64,000 nt of DNA from Euzebyales bacterium (GCA_035461305.1 DATHVN010000076.1:667-64666), one strand, 5' to 3'; shown: positions 9,924-18,968, counted from the first letter of the stretch. Notes: generated from the sequence alone by a model not told the origin. Made by a program: numbers and translations.

Positions 9924-10748
9924 TCAGTGGGCCAGCGACCCGCCGTCGACCGCCAGGCAGTGGCCCGTGACACCGCAGGCCGTATCGCCGAGCAGCCACA
10001 GCAGCGCGCCGGTCACCTCCGATGGCTGGATCACGGTCTCGAACAGCTGGTGGTGCAGGAACCGGCGATGGACGTCCGCGGCGGTCAGCCCGAGCTCGTC
10101 GGCGAGGCCGTCGAGCATCGGCGACTGGACCGTGCCGGGCAGCAGCGCGTTGACGGTGACGCCGTCGGGCGCCAGCTCGATCGCCATGGCCCGTGTCAGA
10201 CCGATCACGCCGTGCTTGGCGGCGACGTAGTGCGCGAAGTCACCCACCGCCCGCTGGCCCGCGGTCGACGCGATGTTGACGATGCGCCCTCGATCGAACA
10301 TCCGCACATGGGGTGCCGCGGCCTTCGCGACCCGCCAGACCCCGCCGAGATCGATGTCGATCACCGCCTGCCACTGCGCCTCCGTCAGCTCCCAGAACGG
10401 CGCGCTGGTGACGACGGCGGCATTGTTCACCACGATGTCGATGCGCCCGAGCGCGTCGACGGTGGCCGCGACGGCCGCGGCCACCTGGTCGGCGGCGCGG
10501 ACGTCGGCCACCAGCGGGACGGCCCGCCGGTCCAGCTGCTCGACGCCGGCGACGGTCTCGTCGAGCTCTGCGCGGGTGCCCAGGTGGTAGCTCGGCACGT
10601 CCAGGTCAGCGCAGATGTCCAGCGCCGCCACGTCGGCTCCCGCCGCCGCCATCGCCAGGCAGTGCGAGCGGCCCTGCCCGCGTGCGGCGCCGGTCACCAG
10701 CGCGACCCGCCCCGTCCGGTCGGGTGCCACGCCGTCGGCTCCCGGCAT
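9924..10748 (-). CDS. Short-chain dehydrogenase/reductase, mycofactocin-coupled SDR subfamily type
   Basis: ATG 10748 follows GGGAGGGAGG. GRVALVTGAARGQGRSHCLAMAAAGADVAALDIC, NNAAV, catalytic YVAAKHG, ..GVTGHCLAVDGG. Confidence 0.8.
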   Translation of the reverse strand: MPGADGVAPDRTGRVALVTGAARGQGRSHCLAMAAAGADVAALDICADLDVPSYHLGTRAELDETVAGVEQLDRRAVPLVADVRAADQVAAAVAATVDALGRIDIVVNNAAVVTSAPFWELTEAQWQAVIDIDLGGVWRVAKAAAPHVRMFDRGRIVNIASTAGQRAVGDFAHYVAAKHGVIGLTRAMAIELAPDGVTVNALLPGTVQSPMLDGLADELGLTAADVHRRFLHHQLFETVIQPSEVTGALLWLLGDTACGVTGHCLAVDGGSLAH

Positions 10749-10985
10749 CGTTCACCTCCCTCCCAACCGATCGAGTTCTGGGGTGGCAGAACCACCTGGA
10801 ATCGATCAGCTCCTCAGGAGTATGGTGCATCGAATCCCACCAATTCCGTGGCCGCAACTCAGTTCAAGACGAATCCCGATGAAGTTCTCGTGTCACCAGA
10901 CTGTCCGGTGAATCACGTGCACAGACACCGGGCCGAATCCGGCGACGGCGTCACGCAGCCGGCCGCCGGTCGCGCGTGACGCCGC

Positions 10986-11669
10986 ATGTCCCGGAGAGAC
11001 CACCTGCGCATCTCGGACGCGTGCCACGTTCTCGGCATCAGCCGGTCCACACTGCTGGCCGCGGAGGAGGCGGGCCTCATCACGGCCGGGCGAACCCCGG
11101 GCGGCCACCGCCGGTTCGCCCGTGAGGAGCTCGAGCGCTACCTCGCCACGCACGGCGGGTCGGCGTCGTCCGACGACCCCGTAGCGCACCGGCCCGGCGC
11201 CGGTCCCGGCCGCGAACGCGTGGCCACCGACCTGCGCATCGCACTGCGCGAGCTCGTCCAGCTGGTCGACGCCACCTGTGCCGGCGTGTACCTGCTGGAC
11301 CACGACCGGCTCGCCTACTGCGCGGGCTTCGGCATCCCCCGCTGGCAGGCGGACAGGCTGCTGTCCACCGCACCCCCAGACGCGGTGGTCAGCGCACTGG
11401 GTACCAGCCGGCTGCGCATGGTCGACGCCACCGGCGTCGTTTCGCGACCCCGGGGCGGTCAGGCCGTCACCCTGCCGATGCTGTCGGACCGCACACCGCT
11501 CGGCGTGCTGTTCGTCGTGGGGCGCGCCGGCCACGAGCTGCTGCCGGGTGAGCTGCGGATCATCGCCGCGGCGCAGCGGATGCTCGCGCTGCTCGTCGAC
11601 CGCCTGCAGCGACTCGCGGATCTGGAGCGACGGCTCAGCGGCGTGCGGGATCTGGCTGCGTCGTCGTGA
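10986..11669 (+). CDS. MerR/excisionase-type HTH regulator with a C-terminal GAF-like domain
   Basis: N-terminal HTH (LRISDACHVLGISRSTLLAAEEAGLI..GHRRF). The C-terminal ~140 aa follow a GAF-like pattern (..GVYLLDHDRLAYCAGFGIP..LGVLFVVGRAGHELLPGELRII..). Confidence 0.6.
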   Translation: MSRRDHLRISDACHVLGISRSTLLAAEEAGLITAGRTPGGHRRFAREELERYLATHGGSASSDDPVAHRPGAGPGRERVATDLRIALRELVQLVDATCAGVYLLDHDRLAYCAGFGIPRWQADRLLSTAPPDAVVSALGTSRLRMVDATGVVSRPRGGQAVTLPMLSDRTPLGVLFVVGRAGHELLPGELRIIAAAQRMLALLVDRLQRLADLERRLSGVRDLAASS

Positions 11670-11692
11670 GGACGAGCGTCAGCGCGCCGTGA

Positions 11693-12922
11693 TCAGGTGG
11701 ACCGTTCGTGCAACGCAGAGGTCCCCCGCAGGTGCCCACGTGGACCGCCGAGGCTGCGGACGAAGTCCGGCGGGATGACGAGGTCCTCCCTGGACAGCTC
11801 GTGGATCGACGACCGCCGCAGACCCATCAGGGCGGAATCGAGGCCGTTGCGCAGGATGTCCAGCACGTTCTCGACCCCGGCCTGGCCGTTGGCCGCAATG
11901 CCCCACAGGTACGCCCGGCCGATGAGCACCGCCTTCGCTCCCATCGCGAGGGCCTTCAGGACGTCGCTGCCTCGCCGGATGCCACCGTCCATGAGCACCT
12001 CCACGTCGTGGCCGACCGCGTCGACGATCGCGGGCAGGGCCCGCAGCGACGCGGGAGTGCCGTCGAGGTTGTTGCCACCGTGGTTGGAAACCGAGATGGC
12101 CGTCGCACCTGCGTCGACCGCGGCCTTGGCGTCGTCGAACCGCATGATGCCCTTGACCATGAACGGTCCGCCCCACTGCTCGCCGAGCCATCGGATGTCG
12201 TCCCACGTCGGCTGCGGCGTCTGCATCCACTCCCCGTACGCGCCGAAGAACGTCGGCTCGGGCTGACCAGGCACCTGCATGTTCGGCACGGTGAGCGCCG
12301 GCGGGTGCAGCGTCCTCGCGTAGTCCATCAGGTAGCGGAACTTACCGCCCAGGATCACCTCCGGCGCGTACCGCAGCATGGTCCGCACGTTCATCTCCGA
12401 CGGGATGGCAGGACTGCCCCAGTCGCGGGCGTGCGAGAACGACCAGTCCAGGGTGACGATCAGGCCCACGGCGCCGGCCCGGCGCGCACGCTCGACCCGG
12501 TAGGCGATGTCGTCCCTCGATCCCGACCAGTAGGTCTGGAAGAAGGTCTGCGGATTGGCCTCGACGACCTCCTCGACCGGCCTGCTGCCGAAGGCGCCGA
12601 GTCCAATCGGGACGCCGCGGTTCGCGGCCGCGCGCGCGACGGCCACCTCGCCTTCGGGATGCACGGCCTGCACGCCTGTGGGCGAGATCATCACCGGCAT
12701 CGACCACGGCTGCCCCATGACGGTGGTGGACTGATCGCGCGCCGCGGGCAGATCCACGATGTGGGGGGCGAGTTCGATCTCGCTGAACGCCCGCAGGTTG
12801 TCGCGTAACGTCGTGCCCTGCTCCGACCCCGCGACCAGAGCCATGTACACCGACCGCGGAAGCCTCCGCCTGGCTCGCCGTCGCGCCTCGAGCACGGTCT
12901 CGAACCAGTCGCTGGCCATCAT
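11693..12922 (-). CDS. mftD: FMN-dependent alpha-hydroxy-acid dehydrogenase family, pre-mycofactocin synthase MftD-like
   Basis: Start at ATGATG 12922/12919 after AGGAGAGGG. MASDWFETVLEARRRARRRLPRSVY.. N-terminus and ..ISVSNHGGNNLDGTPASLRALP..DGGIRRGSDVLKALAMGA..GRAYLWGIAANGQAGVENVLDIL.. track my recollection of mycobacterial MftD (LldD-like). Confidence 0.8.
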   Translation of the reverse strand: MMASDWFETVLEARRRARRRLPRSVYMALVAGSEQGTTLRDNLRAFSEIELAPHIVDLPAARDQSTTVMGQPWSMPVMISPTGVQAVHPEGEVAVARAAANRGVPIGLGAFGSRPVEEVVEANPQTFFQTYWSGSRDDIAYRVERARRAGAVGLIVTLDWSFSHARDWGSPAIPSEMNVRTMLRYAPEVILGGKFRYLMDYARTLHPPALTVPNMQVPGQPEPTFFGAYGEWMQTPQPTWDDIRWLGEQWGGPFMVKGIMRFDDAKAAVDAGATAISVSNHGGNNLDGTPASLRALPAIVDAVGHDVEVLMDGGIRRGSDVLKALAMGAKAVLIGRAYLWGIAANGQAGVENVLDILRNGLDSALMGLRRSSIHELSREDLVIPPDFVRSLGGPRGHLRGTSALHERST

Positions 12923-12932
12923 CCCTCTCCTG

Positions 12933-13118
12933 TCAGGGTCGAGGCGTGGGGCGCTCGCGGAGTCGTCCTGGCGCGAATGTAACGGCACAAGGGCCGTCCG
13001 ACAGGCCATCGACATCGCGGTACCCGGGGGCGGCTGGACGCTTCACCGAGCCCTGACAGGCGGAGGACAGCAGACGTCCTACGCGGTCCTTCTCGCCATC
13101 TGATATCGGTCCCAGCAT
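12933..13118 (-). pseudogene. Speculative 3' stub of an upstream operon gene (possibly an mftC remnant)
   Basis: 61-codon ORF ending 10 nt before the mftD-like start. Its Cys-containing tail (..SSACQGS..DGPCAV..) is only weakly reminiscent of a SPASM C-terminus, and low-GC non-coding-looking DNA begins immediately upstream. Confidence 0.2.
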
Positions 13119-13441
13119 TCGTCACAATAGAAGCTGGGGGTTGCGTTCTTGCACTTGGGGGTTATGCAACGACGTAATGAGATGATTACGTCCTGCTTCT
13201 TCGTTGCGCGCCGCCGGAAGCGTTTCATCTACTTACTCTCTCAAGCTGATGGCCCCTCATCGGTATGTACCTTCCCATGCTCCTTGATTACCGGATCAAG
13301 AGCAGTCGTCGAACGCCGCAACATGACGCCGATTTCGCGATCGGCCGCCGCTGCGACGTATCAACAGTGACACGTTCATAATTGATCAGTGTGACCATCG
13401 CGACACTTCTGCGCAAATCGCCGCTGATCCGACAGATGGAC

Positions 13442-13634
13442 TTATCCACAATGCCGCTGACCTGCAGAATCCACAGCAAACGCCGGCTTGTGCACATGCC
13501 CGTCCACAGGTGCGCTCGCTGATTTCCACAGAAGCCGCCCGCAATCCACAGATTCTCTGAGCAATTCACAGGTGGATCGCCCTGCGCCGGTGACGATCCA
13601 CGCCTGCTGGCGGCCGTGCCGGCCCGTGGATCCG
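13442..13634. other. Array of DnaA-box-like 9-mers (candidate origin or DnaA-binding locus) at the edge of a low-GC island
   Basis: Same-orientation boxes: TTATCCACA 13442-13450 (perfect E. coli-type consensus), GAATCCACA 13467-13475, TTGTGCACA 13488-13496, CCGTCCACA 13500-13508, ATTTCCACA 13522-13530, CAATCCACA 13542-13550, CAATTCACA 13562-13570, CGATCCACG 13594-13602. Inverted copies: GCGATCCACC (13571-13580) and CGGATCCAC (13626-13634). Spacing is mostly 20-25 nt. Confidence 0.55.
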
Positions 13635-14080
13635 TGCGTACCATCGTGGCGATGGCACTCCTGGGCAACCTCCTGTGGCTGGTGCTCGCCGGCTGGTGGG
13701 TGGCGCTGGCCTACGTCGTCGCGGGCATCGTGAACTTCGTGACGATCATCGGCATCCCGTTCGGCATCCAGGCGTTCAAGCTCGCCGGGTACGCGTTGTG
13801 GCCGTTCGGGCGCGTCGTCGTGACCACCGATACGGGCTACGGACCACTGGCCATCATCGGCAACGTGCTCTGGCTGATCCTGACCGGCTGGGAGCTGGCC
13901 CTGGCCCACGTCGTGGCGGGCCTGCTGCTGTGCCTGACGATCGTCGGGATCCCGCTCGCGATCGCGAGCTTCAAGATGGTCTGGCTCGCCCTCGTGCCGT
14001 TCGGCAAGGAGGTCGTCCCCGCGTCGGCCGTGCAGCCCGACGCGAGCGTGTTCCACGGCGGCGTGCAACCACGGACGTGA
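13634..14080 (+). CDS. yccF: YccF-domain inner membrane protein (DUF307)
   Basis: GTG 13634 (VRTIVAMALLGNLLWLVLAGWW..) parallels the E. coli YccF N-terminus. Two repeats of the IIGIPFGIQAFKLA / IVGIPLAIASFKM motif. Confidence 0.75.
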   Translation: MRTIVAMALLGNLLWLVLAGWWVALAYVVAGIVNFVTIIGIPFGIQAFKLAGYALWPFGRVVVTTDTGYGPLAIIGNVLWLILTGWELALAHVVAGLLLCLTIVGIPLAIASFKMVWLALVPFGKEVVPASAVQPDASVFHGGVQPRT

Positions 14081-14185
14081 CCCGCCGCGACCCGACGTCA
14101 GTCGCCAGCTCGGCGAACACGACGACGTTGTCCTCCCCCTGTTCATCGCCGTGCGTCGGGGCTACGCTGAGCGTGGGAGTGAAGC

Positions 14186-14599
14186 ATGAAGGACTACCTC
14201 GTCGTCGCCAACCAGACGCTCGGAGGCACGAAGCTGCTGGAGGAGCTGCGGCGTCGCGTCGCACAGGGTCCCTGTCGCCTCCACCTGGTCGTACCGGCCA
14301 ACGTGCGGGGCGAAGGGTGGACCCACACCGAGAGCGAGGCGTATGAGATCGCCAGGAAGCGACTCGACGAGGCCATCGAGCGCTTCCGTGAGCTCGGCGT
14401 CGAGGTCGAGGGCCAGGTGGGCGACGAACGTCCGCTCGACGCCATGCGAGATGCGATGCGCAGGGTCCCGTGCGACGAGATCATCCTGTCGACCCTGCCC
14501 AGAGGGGCGTCGCGGTGGCTGCGGATGGACCTGGTAGCCCGCACCGACCGCACCTTCCCTGTCCCGGTGACGCACGTCGAGGCCACCGAGGACGTGTGA
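14186..14599 (+). CDS. Conserved actinobacterial hypothetical protein (USP/adenine-nucleotide-alpha-hydrolase-like pattern)
   Basis: ATG follows GGGAGTGAAGC. MKDYLVVANQTLGG..LHLVVPA..IILSTLPRGASRWLRMDL..PVTHV matches a recurrent actinobacterial family I recognise only as hypothetical. Confidence 0.6.
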   Translation: MKDYLVVANQTLGGTKLLEELRRRVAQGPCRLHLVVPANVRGEGWTHTESEAYEIARKRLDEAIERFRELGVEVEGQVGDERPLDAMRDAMRRVPCDEIILSTLPRGASRWLRMDLVARTDRTFPVPVTHVEATEDV

Positions 14600-14641
14600 C
14601 CGCCTGCGTCGTCGGCTGACGACGTCCACATGTCGTTGCGA

Positions 14642-15037
14642 TCAGCGCACACCACGACCACCCACCTGGGGGCCATACAGCCTGCGCTCGAGAAACCGCC
14701 CGAGGTAGCTGTGACGGTGCGAATCCGATGGGTGCACGACGAGCAGTGGCGTTGGGTTTCTGTCACGAGCCGCTGGACGAGGCCGGTGAACTCCACGTCC
14801 GGGTGCTGGCGCTGCTCGGTGGCGCCGACGACGACCATGTCGGCGGCGCCGGCCGCCTCGCGAAGTCGAACCGCCGGATCGTCAGCTCGTTCCACAACGC
14901 TCGCCCGCGGCCTCGGCGGCCAGACCCGGCAGCACGAAGATGCCGCTGCCGATCATCGCGCCGAGGCTGATCGTCACGGCCTCCGGGAACCCCAGGCCAC
15001 GTTCGAGGGATGCGCCCTCCCCGGGGCCTCCAGCCAT
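14642..15037 (-). pseudogene. Collapsed APC-family amino acid permease with a C-terminal USP domain
   Basis: From ATG 15037: MAGGPGEGASLERGLGFPEAVTISLGAMIGSGIFVLPGLAAEAAGE, a permease N-terminus with TM1. It then stops and jumps to a USP C-terminus (..REAAGAADMVVVGATEQRQ..GLVQRLVTETQR, frameshift, PLLVVHPSD..*). All remaining TM segments are absent. Confidence 0.55.
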
Positions 15038-15046
15038 GGCCCGAGT

Positions 15047-16498
15047 CTACAGGTACGTACGTAGGAGCTGGCCGTCATCGCCCAACCGGATCGGCGGCAC
15101 CGGCTCACCAACGCGACGGCGGACCCACCAGGCGCCGGTCTCCCGTCGCTGCGCCGGGGTCGTGAAGTGGTAGCGGTAGCGCAGGACGCGCACCGCTGCC
15201 GGCGGACGGTCGGGGAACGGGCTGCGGCGCAGCAGCCCCAGCACGTGCGGATCCGCCTCGAGCAGCCGAAGCAGCAGGGTGAACACCCAGTGGTGTGACA
15301 CGACCGGCGACATCGCTGCGAACCACATCAGCCAGTCCAGGCGCAGGTGGTAGGGCGCGATCTGGGGCGGTCGGCGCTGGGGGTCGCCCGGCTTGGCGCG
15401 GAAGGCGTAGGGGCGCCACTCGCTGTCGGGTCCCGGCTCCTCGTCGATCGTGCCCTCCACGACGAGTTCGTAGCGCTGTCGCGTGATGCCGCCGAACGCG
15501 CCGTAGGTGCCGACGAGGTGCAGCGGGTTGTAGCGGGTGTTCATCACCTGGGACCGCGACAGCATGTTGCGCACCGGCCAGAAGCTCATGACGAGGGTGA
15601 CGGCCGCGACGGCGATCACGAGGCCGGTGAACCACGACGAGGGCGGGTCCGCCACCACCGTCGGGTCGACAGGGAGCCACGCGAGCCAGCCGTCGGCCAA
15701 CGTGACCGTCGCGAGCACCATCGTCAGGACGTTGAGCCACGCGAAGTTGCCTGTCAGCACGAGCCATCCCTGCGTGACGATCACCACGGCCGCCGCCACC
15801 GACGCCGTCGGCTGCGGCAGGAACAGCGCGAACGGCGCAAGCAGCTGCGCGACGTAGTTGCCGAGAGCCTCCACGCGGTGCCACCAGCGCGGCAGGTGGT
15901 GGGCGTGCCAGCTGAACGGCCCCGGCAGCGGCTGCGTCTCGTGGTGGTACTCCAGGCACGTGAGGTCGCGCCAGCACCGGTCACCGCGCAGCTTGATCAG
16001 CCCCGCACCGACCTCGACGCGGAACAGCAGCCACAACACCAGCACGATGCCCAGGCGCGGTGGAGCCACCCGGTCCGAGCCGAGGAACGCGGCGACGAAG
16101 CCCGCCTCGAGCAGGATGGACTCCCAGCCGAAGCCGTACCAGATCTGGCCGACGTTGACGAACGACAGGTACAGGGCCCACACCACCAGCCACCAGACCA
16201 GGTGCAGCCACACCGGACCGGCCTGGGGTAGCCCGACGGTCAACGCCGCCGACAACGCAACGCCGACCCAGGCGACCGCCAGCGCGAACCGGTCCGAGTG
16301 ATGCATGTGGAACAGGCTCGGCTGCCGGCGGAACCCGACATGCTCGAGGTAGCGCGACACGGGCGTCAGTCCACGGGCGCCCAGCAACGGACGGAACTGC
16401 AGGACCACGTTGACGAACGCGATGGTGTGGATGGCTCCGAGAGACCGGGTGAACAGCCAGCGCGCCGGCCACAGGTCGGGCGCCGTGAGCCAGTCCAT
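15047..16498 (-). CDS. Lipase-maturation-factor (LMF1/DUF1222)-like polytopic membrane protein
   Basis: 483-aa ORF with many hydrophobic segments. WYGFGWESILLEAGF, LIKLRGDRCWRDLTCLEYHHETQPLP and YHLRLDWLMWFAAM match the LMF family pattern. Confidence 0.6.
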   Translation of the reverse strand: MDWLTAPDLWPARWLFTRSLGAIHTIAFVNVVLQFRPLLGARGLTPVSRYLEHVGFRRQPSLFHMHHSDRFALAVAWVGVALSAALTVGLPQAGPVWLHLVWWLVVWALYLSFVNVGQIWYGFGWESILLEAGFVAAFLGSDRVAPPRLGIVLVLWLLFRVEVGAGLIKLRGDRCWRDLTCLEYHHETQPLPGPFSWHAHHLPRWWHRVEALGNYVAQLLAPFALFLPQPTASVAAAVVIVTQGWLVLTGNFAWLNVLTMVLATVTLADGWLAWLPVDPTVVADPPSSWFTGLVIAVAAVTLVMSFWPVRNMLSRSQVMNTRYNPLHLVGTYGAFGGITRQRYELVVEGTIDEEPGPDSEWRPYAFRAKPGDPQRRPPQIAPYHLRLDWLMWFAAMSPVVSHHWVFTLLLRLLEADPHVLGLLRRSPFPDRPPAAVRVLRYRYHFTTPAQRRETGAWWVRRRVGEPVPPIRLGDDGQLLRTYL

Positions 16499-16501
16499 CG
16501 C

Positions 16502-16789
16502 CTACCCGAAGCGACGGTGGAACTCCATCTCGAACGCGGGGTACAGCTGGACGGCCTCCCGCACGTCGAAGCGGTCCATCAGGTCCCGCTGGGACACCCG
16601 GTCGAGGAGGATCTCGACACACCGCCGGGCGACTGCCGCCGCACTCACGCCCTCGGAGCCCCACCGCTCGTAGTCTGCCCGGCTCAAGCTCACGACGTGG
16701 GTCGACCGGCGTCCGGCCTCCTCGACGGTGACGTCGAAGTGGAAGCCGTCGTCGGTCTCCTGCTGGTTGCTGACGTTGACGTCAGCCAT
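16502..16789 (-). CDS. Small conserved hypothetical protein (95 aa)
   Basis: ATG 16789 follows GGAAGGAG. The stop lies 3 nt before the LMF-like start, suggesting an operon. Acidic N-terminus MADVNVSNQQETDDGFHFDV.. Confidence 0.5.
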   Translation of the reverse strand: MADVNVSNQQETDDGFHFDVTVEEAGRRSTHVVSLSRADYERWGSEGVSAAAVARRCVEILLDRVSQRDLMDRFDVREAVQLYPAFEMEFHRRFG

Positions 16790-16940
16790 GGGCACTCCTT
16801 CCGGTCCGGCTCGCGGACAGCGCGCGGCCTCGTCGGCTGCCGACGCACCTCTCGCACATCGACCATTGCCTCCCGCGCGCAAGCGCATGCGTCAGCGGAA
16901 CCTTGCATCCTGTCAGGCAGATGCCACCGTCGGGCGGACG

Positions 16941-17732
16941 TCAGGCGTCACGGATGCCGGCGAGCAGGTCGGGCACGTCGACGATCGATTCGACGACGTG
17001 GTCGGGATCACCGCCAGCGGCCGCGAGCAGCTCGGGACGGAACTTGCCTGTCCGCACGAGCACACCGGTCAGGCCGGCCGCCTGCGCGCCAAGGACGTCG
17101 CTGGTGACGTCGTCGCCCACCATCGCGGCGGCCTGCGGCGTACACCCGAGGTCGGCCAGCGCGTCGGTGAACATGACCGGGGCGGGCTTGCCGACCACGG
17201 TCGGCGCGATGCCGGTCGCTGCCTCGATCGCCGCGGCAAAGGCGCCCGTGTCCAGGCGCAGACCCTCGGAGGTCTGCCACACCGCGCTGCCGTGCATGGC
17301 CACGAACGGCACGCCCTCGGCGACCAGTGCAGCCAGCCTGCTGACAGCTTCCCAGGTGAAGAGCGGCCCTGCGCCACCGAGCACGACGACCTCGGGATCC
17401 CCGTCGACGTCGACCAGGTCGATGTCGCCCAGGTCGTCGGTCGGCCCGTCGTCGAGCAGCAGCACCCGTCGGCCGGGATGCCGGTGTCGTAGGTGTGCCG
17501 CGGTGGCGCTGGTCGCCGTGGCGATCTCGTGGTCGTCGACGTCGATCTCCGCGGCGCGCAGCGCACGTGCGATCGATCCACGCGTCCGGGAGGTCGTGTT
17601 GGTCAGGAACCGCACGCGGTACCCGGCACGCCGGAGCTCGGTGACCGCCTCGGCCGCACCGTCGATCGGCTCCCACGACAGGACCAGCACACCGTCGATG
17701 TCGAGGAGCACGGCGTCGATCGACTCGGCCAT
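16941..17732 (-). CDS. HAD-superfamily hydrolase, subfamily IIA (NagD-like)
   Basis: Motif I LLDIDGVL, ..RFLTNTTSRTR.., GKPAPVMF, MVGDDVTSDVLGAQAAGLTGVLVRTGK. Confidence 0.75.
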   Translation of the reverse strand: MAESIDAVLLDIDGVLVLSWEPIDGAAEAVTELRRAGYRVRFLTNTTSRTRGSIARALRAAEIDVDDHEIATATSATAAHLRHRHPGRRVLLLDDGPTDDLGDIDLVDVDGDPEVVVLGGAGPLFTWEAVSRLAALVAEGVPFVAMHGSAVWQTSEGLRLDTGAFAAAIEAATGIAPTVVGKPAPVMFTDALADLGCTPQAAAMVGDDVTSDVLGAQAAGLTGVLVRTGKFRPELLAAAGGDPDHVVESIVDVPDLLAGIRDA

Positions 17733-17819
17733 GCACGTCCTCCGCGGCGGTCGGCAACCAGTCCGGTCATCGTGCCCCGCGTCGCCGACCCTGTCGACCG
17801 CGTCCGTCGCGCAGACGCC

Positions 17820-18395
17820 TGCGTGATCACGAGGTCGCTGTGCAGGATCGCCGGCATCCGCGACAGCCGCAGGTCAGATCCTGTGCCGGCACCTCGTAGT
17901 CGATCGTTCCGGTCAGGAAGCGCACGGCGTGGCACATCAGGGCGATGGTCATCCACTCACCGGCGCAGCGGTGGTTGACGGGCAGAGCGTTGAGCAGCTC
18001 GACCGCCGCAGTCGAGCGATCAAGGACCGCACCGTCCGAGTCCCGGTCCGTCGCGACCCGCCACAGCGCGGTGTTGTCGTCGACCAGCAGCCGCCCGGCG
18101 CGCACATCGCGGACGGGGCCCCGCGCCCACCGGTTGCCGCGCTCCGCGGCCGATCCGACCACGGACGTAGCGGTAGCCGCGCTGCCCGCCGCAGTCGATC
18201 ATCGCCGCGAGTCCGCGGTGCGCGTCGCCACATGTGGTTCCGGCAGCGGGACACCGGCCCAGGCGCACACATGCGGGTGCGGGTCTGGAAGACGTCACTG
18301 CGGAAGCGCTCACAGCGCTTGGTGATGAACTCATAGCCGTCGGTCAGCAGCGCGAGGGTGCTGCCGACGCCCGGGGTGGCCCGTGCTGGGCTCAC
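17820..18395 (-). pseudogene. Heavily collapsed CYP152-type (fatty-acid peroxygenase) cytochrome P450
   Basis: GTG 18395 after AGGAGC gives ..STLALLTDGYEFITKRCERFRSDVFQTR (P450 N-terminus). Frame-shifted islands follow: ..AGVPLPEPHVATRTADLAAMID.., ..VRDVRAGRL..DSDGAVLDRSTAAVELLN.., and the heme-Cys region NHRCAGEWMTIALM...YEVPAQDL..SRMPAILHSDLVI. At least two internal deletions and several frameshifts. Confidence 0.5.
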
Positions 18396-18460
18396 GGATG
18401 CTCCTGACGTGTCGGAAGCGCTGATCCTGTCGAGCCGTCGACTGGCGGGGGGTGCGTCAG

Positions 18461-18868
18461 TCAGAGGGCTGGCTTGATGTCGATGATGGGCGTCTGGTCG
18501 AGGCAGTCGAGCCCGCGCACGACGATTGCGTCCGGCTCGACGCGGATCAGCTCCACGGTAGACACGCCGATCGGCGTCGGGCGGTGTGGACTGCGCAGCC
18601 CGAACACGCCCATCGGTCCCCACTCCGGGTGCGTGCGCGACGTCTGGACCAGCTCGTAGTCCCCCGCGCGGTCGAACCACATGAGCACATCGACGGCCTC
18701 GTGACGGCCGAGTCCGCGCAGACCGTCACGGAACTCCGGTTCTACGGATATGCGGACTTCTGGCCCGTCACGCTGGGGACCCGGTGGGCACTCCTGGAGC
18801 TCGTGGTACGGCGAGGAGGCCACACCGATGACCACCACCGACCGGGCCGCGCTGTCATCGATCGTCAC
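18461..18868 (-). CDS. TrmO/TsaA-like SAM-dependent tRNA methyltransferase domain protein
   Basis: GTG 18868 follows AGGAGG. ..VIGVASSPY..RISVEPEFRDGLRGLGRHEAVDVLMWFDRA..GVFGLRSPHRPTPIGVSTVELIRVE..VVRGLDCLDQTPIIDIKP. Confidence 0.6.
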   Translation of the reverse strand: MTIDDSAARSVVVIGVASSPYHELQECPPGPQRDGPEVRISVEPEFRDGLRGLGRHEAVDVLMWFDRAGDYELVQTSRTHPEWGPMGVFGLRSPHRPTPIGVSTVELIRVEPDAIVVRGLDCLDQTPIIDIKPAL

Positions 18869-18968
18869 GGTGTCCTCCTGCCAGGTGGCACCCACTCGCC
18901 GGGTCAGTGGGTCGACACGGTACTGGCCAGCTCGATCGCGACCTGTCCTCGGCACCGCGATGGCCGCG

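Noticed and set aside
10775-10797. Overlapping short palindromes (GTTCTG-n6-CAGAAC, GGTGG-n5-CCACC) upstream of the fourth SDR, considered as a sigma-54 promoter or operator
   Set aside because: The arms are only 5-6 bp and the TGGCA-containing stretch lacks the correctly spaced GC element of a -24/-12 promoter. This is too weak to call.
10749-13633. mftA precursor or mftB small ORFs near mftD
   Set aside because: No short ORF ending in the ..GVY type tail and no RRE-like small protein is visible in any frame of the supplied track.
13149-13668. ORFs 13149..13370 (+) and 13288..13668 (-) inside the low-GC island
   Set aside because: They show no codon-bias signal or motifs, overlap each other and span the DnaA-box array. 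I treat them as non-coding.
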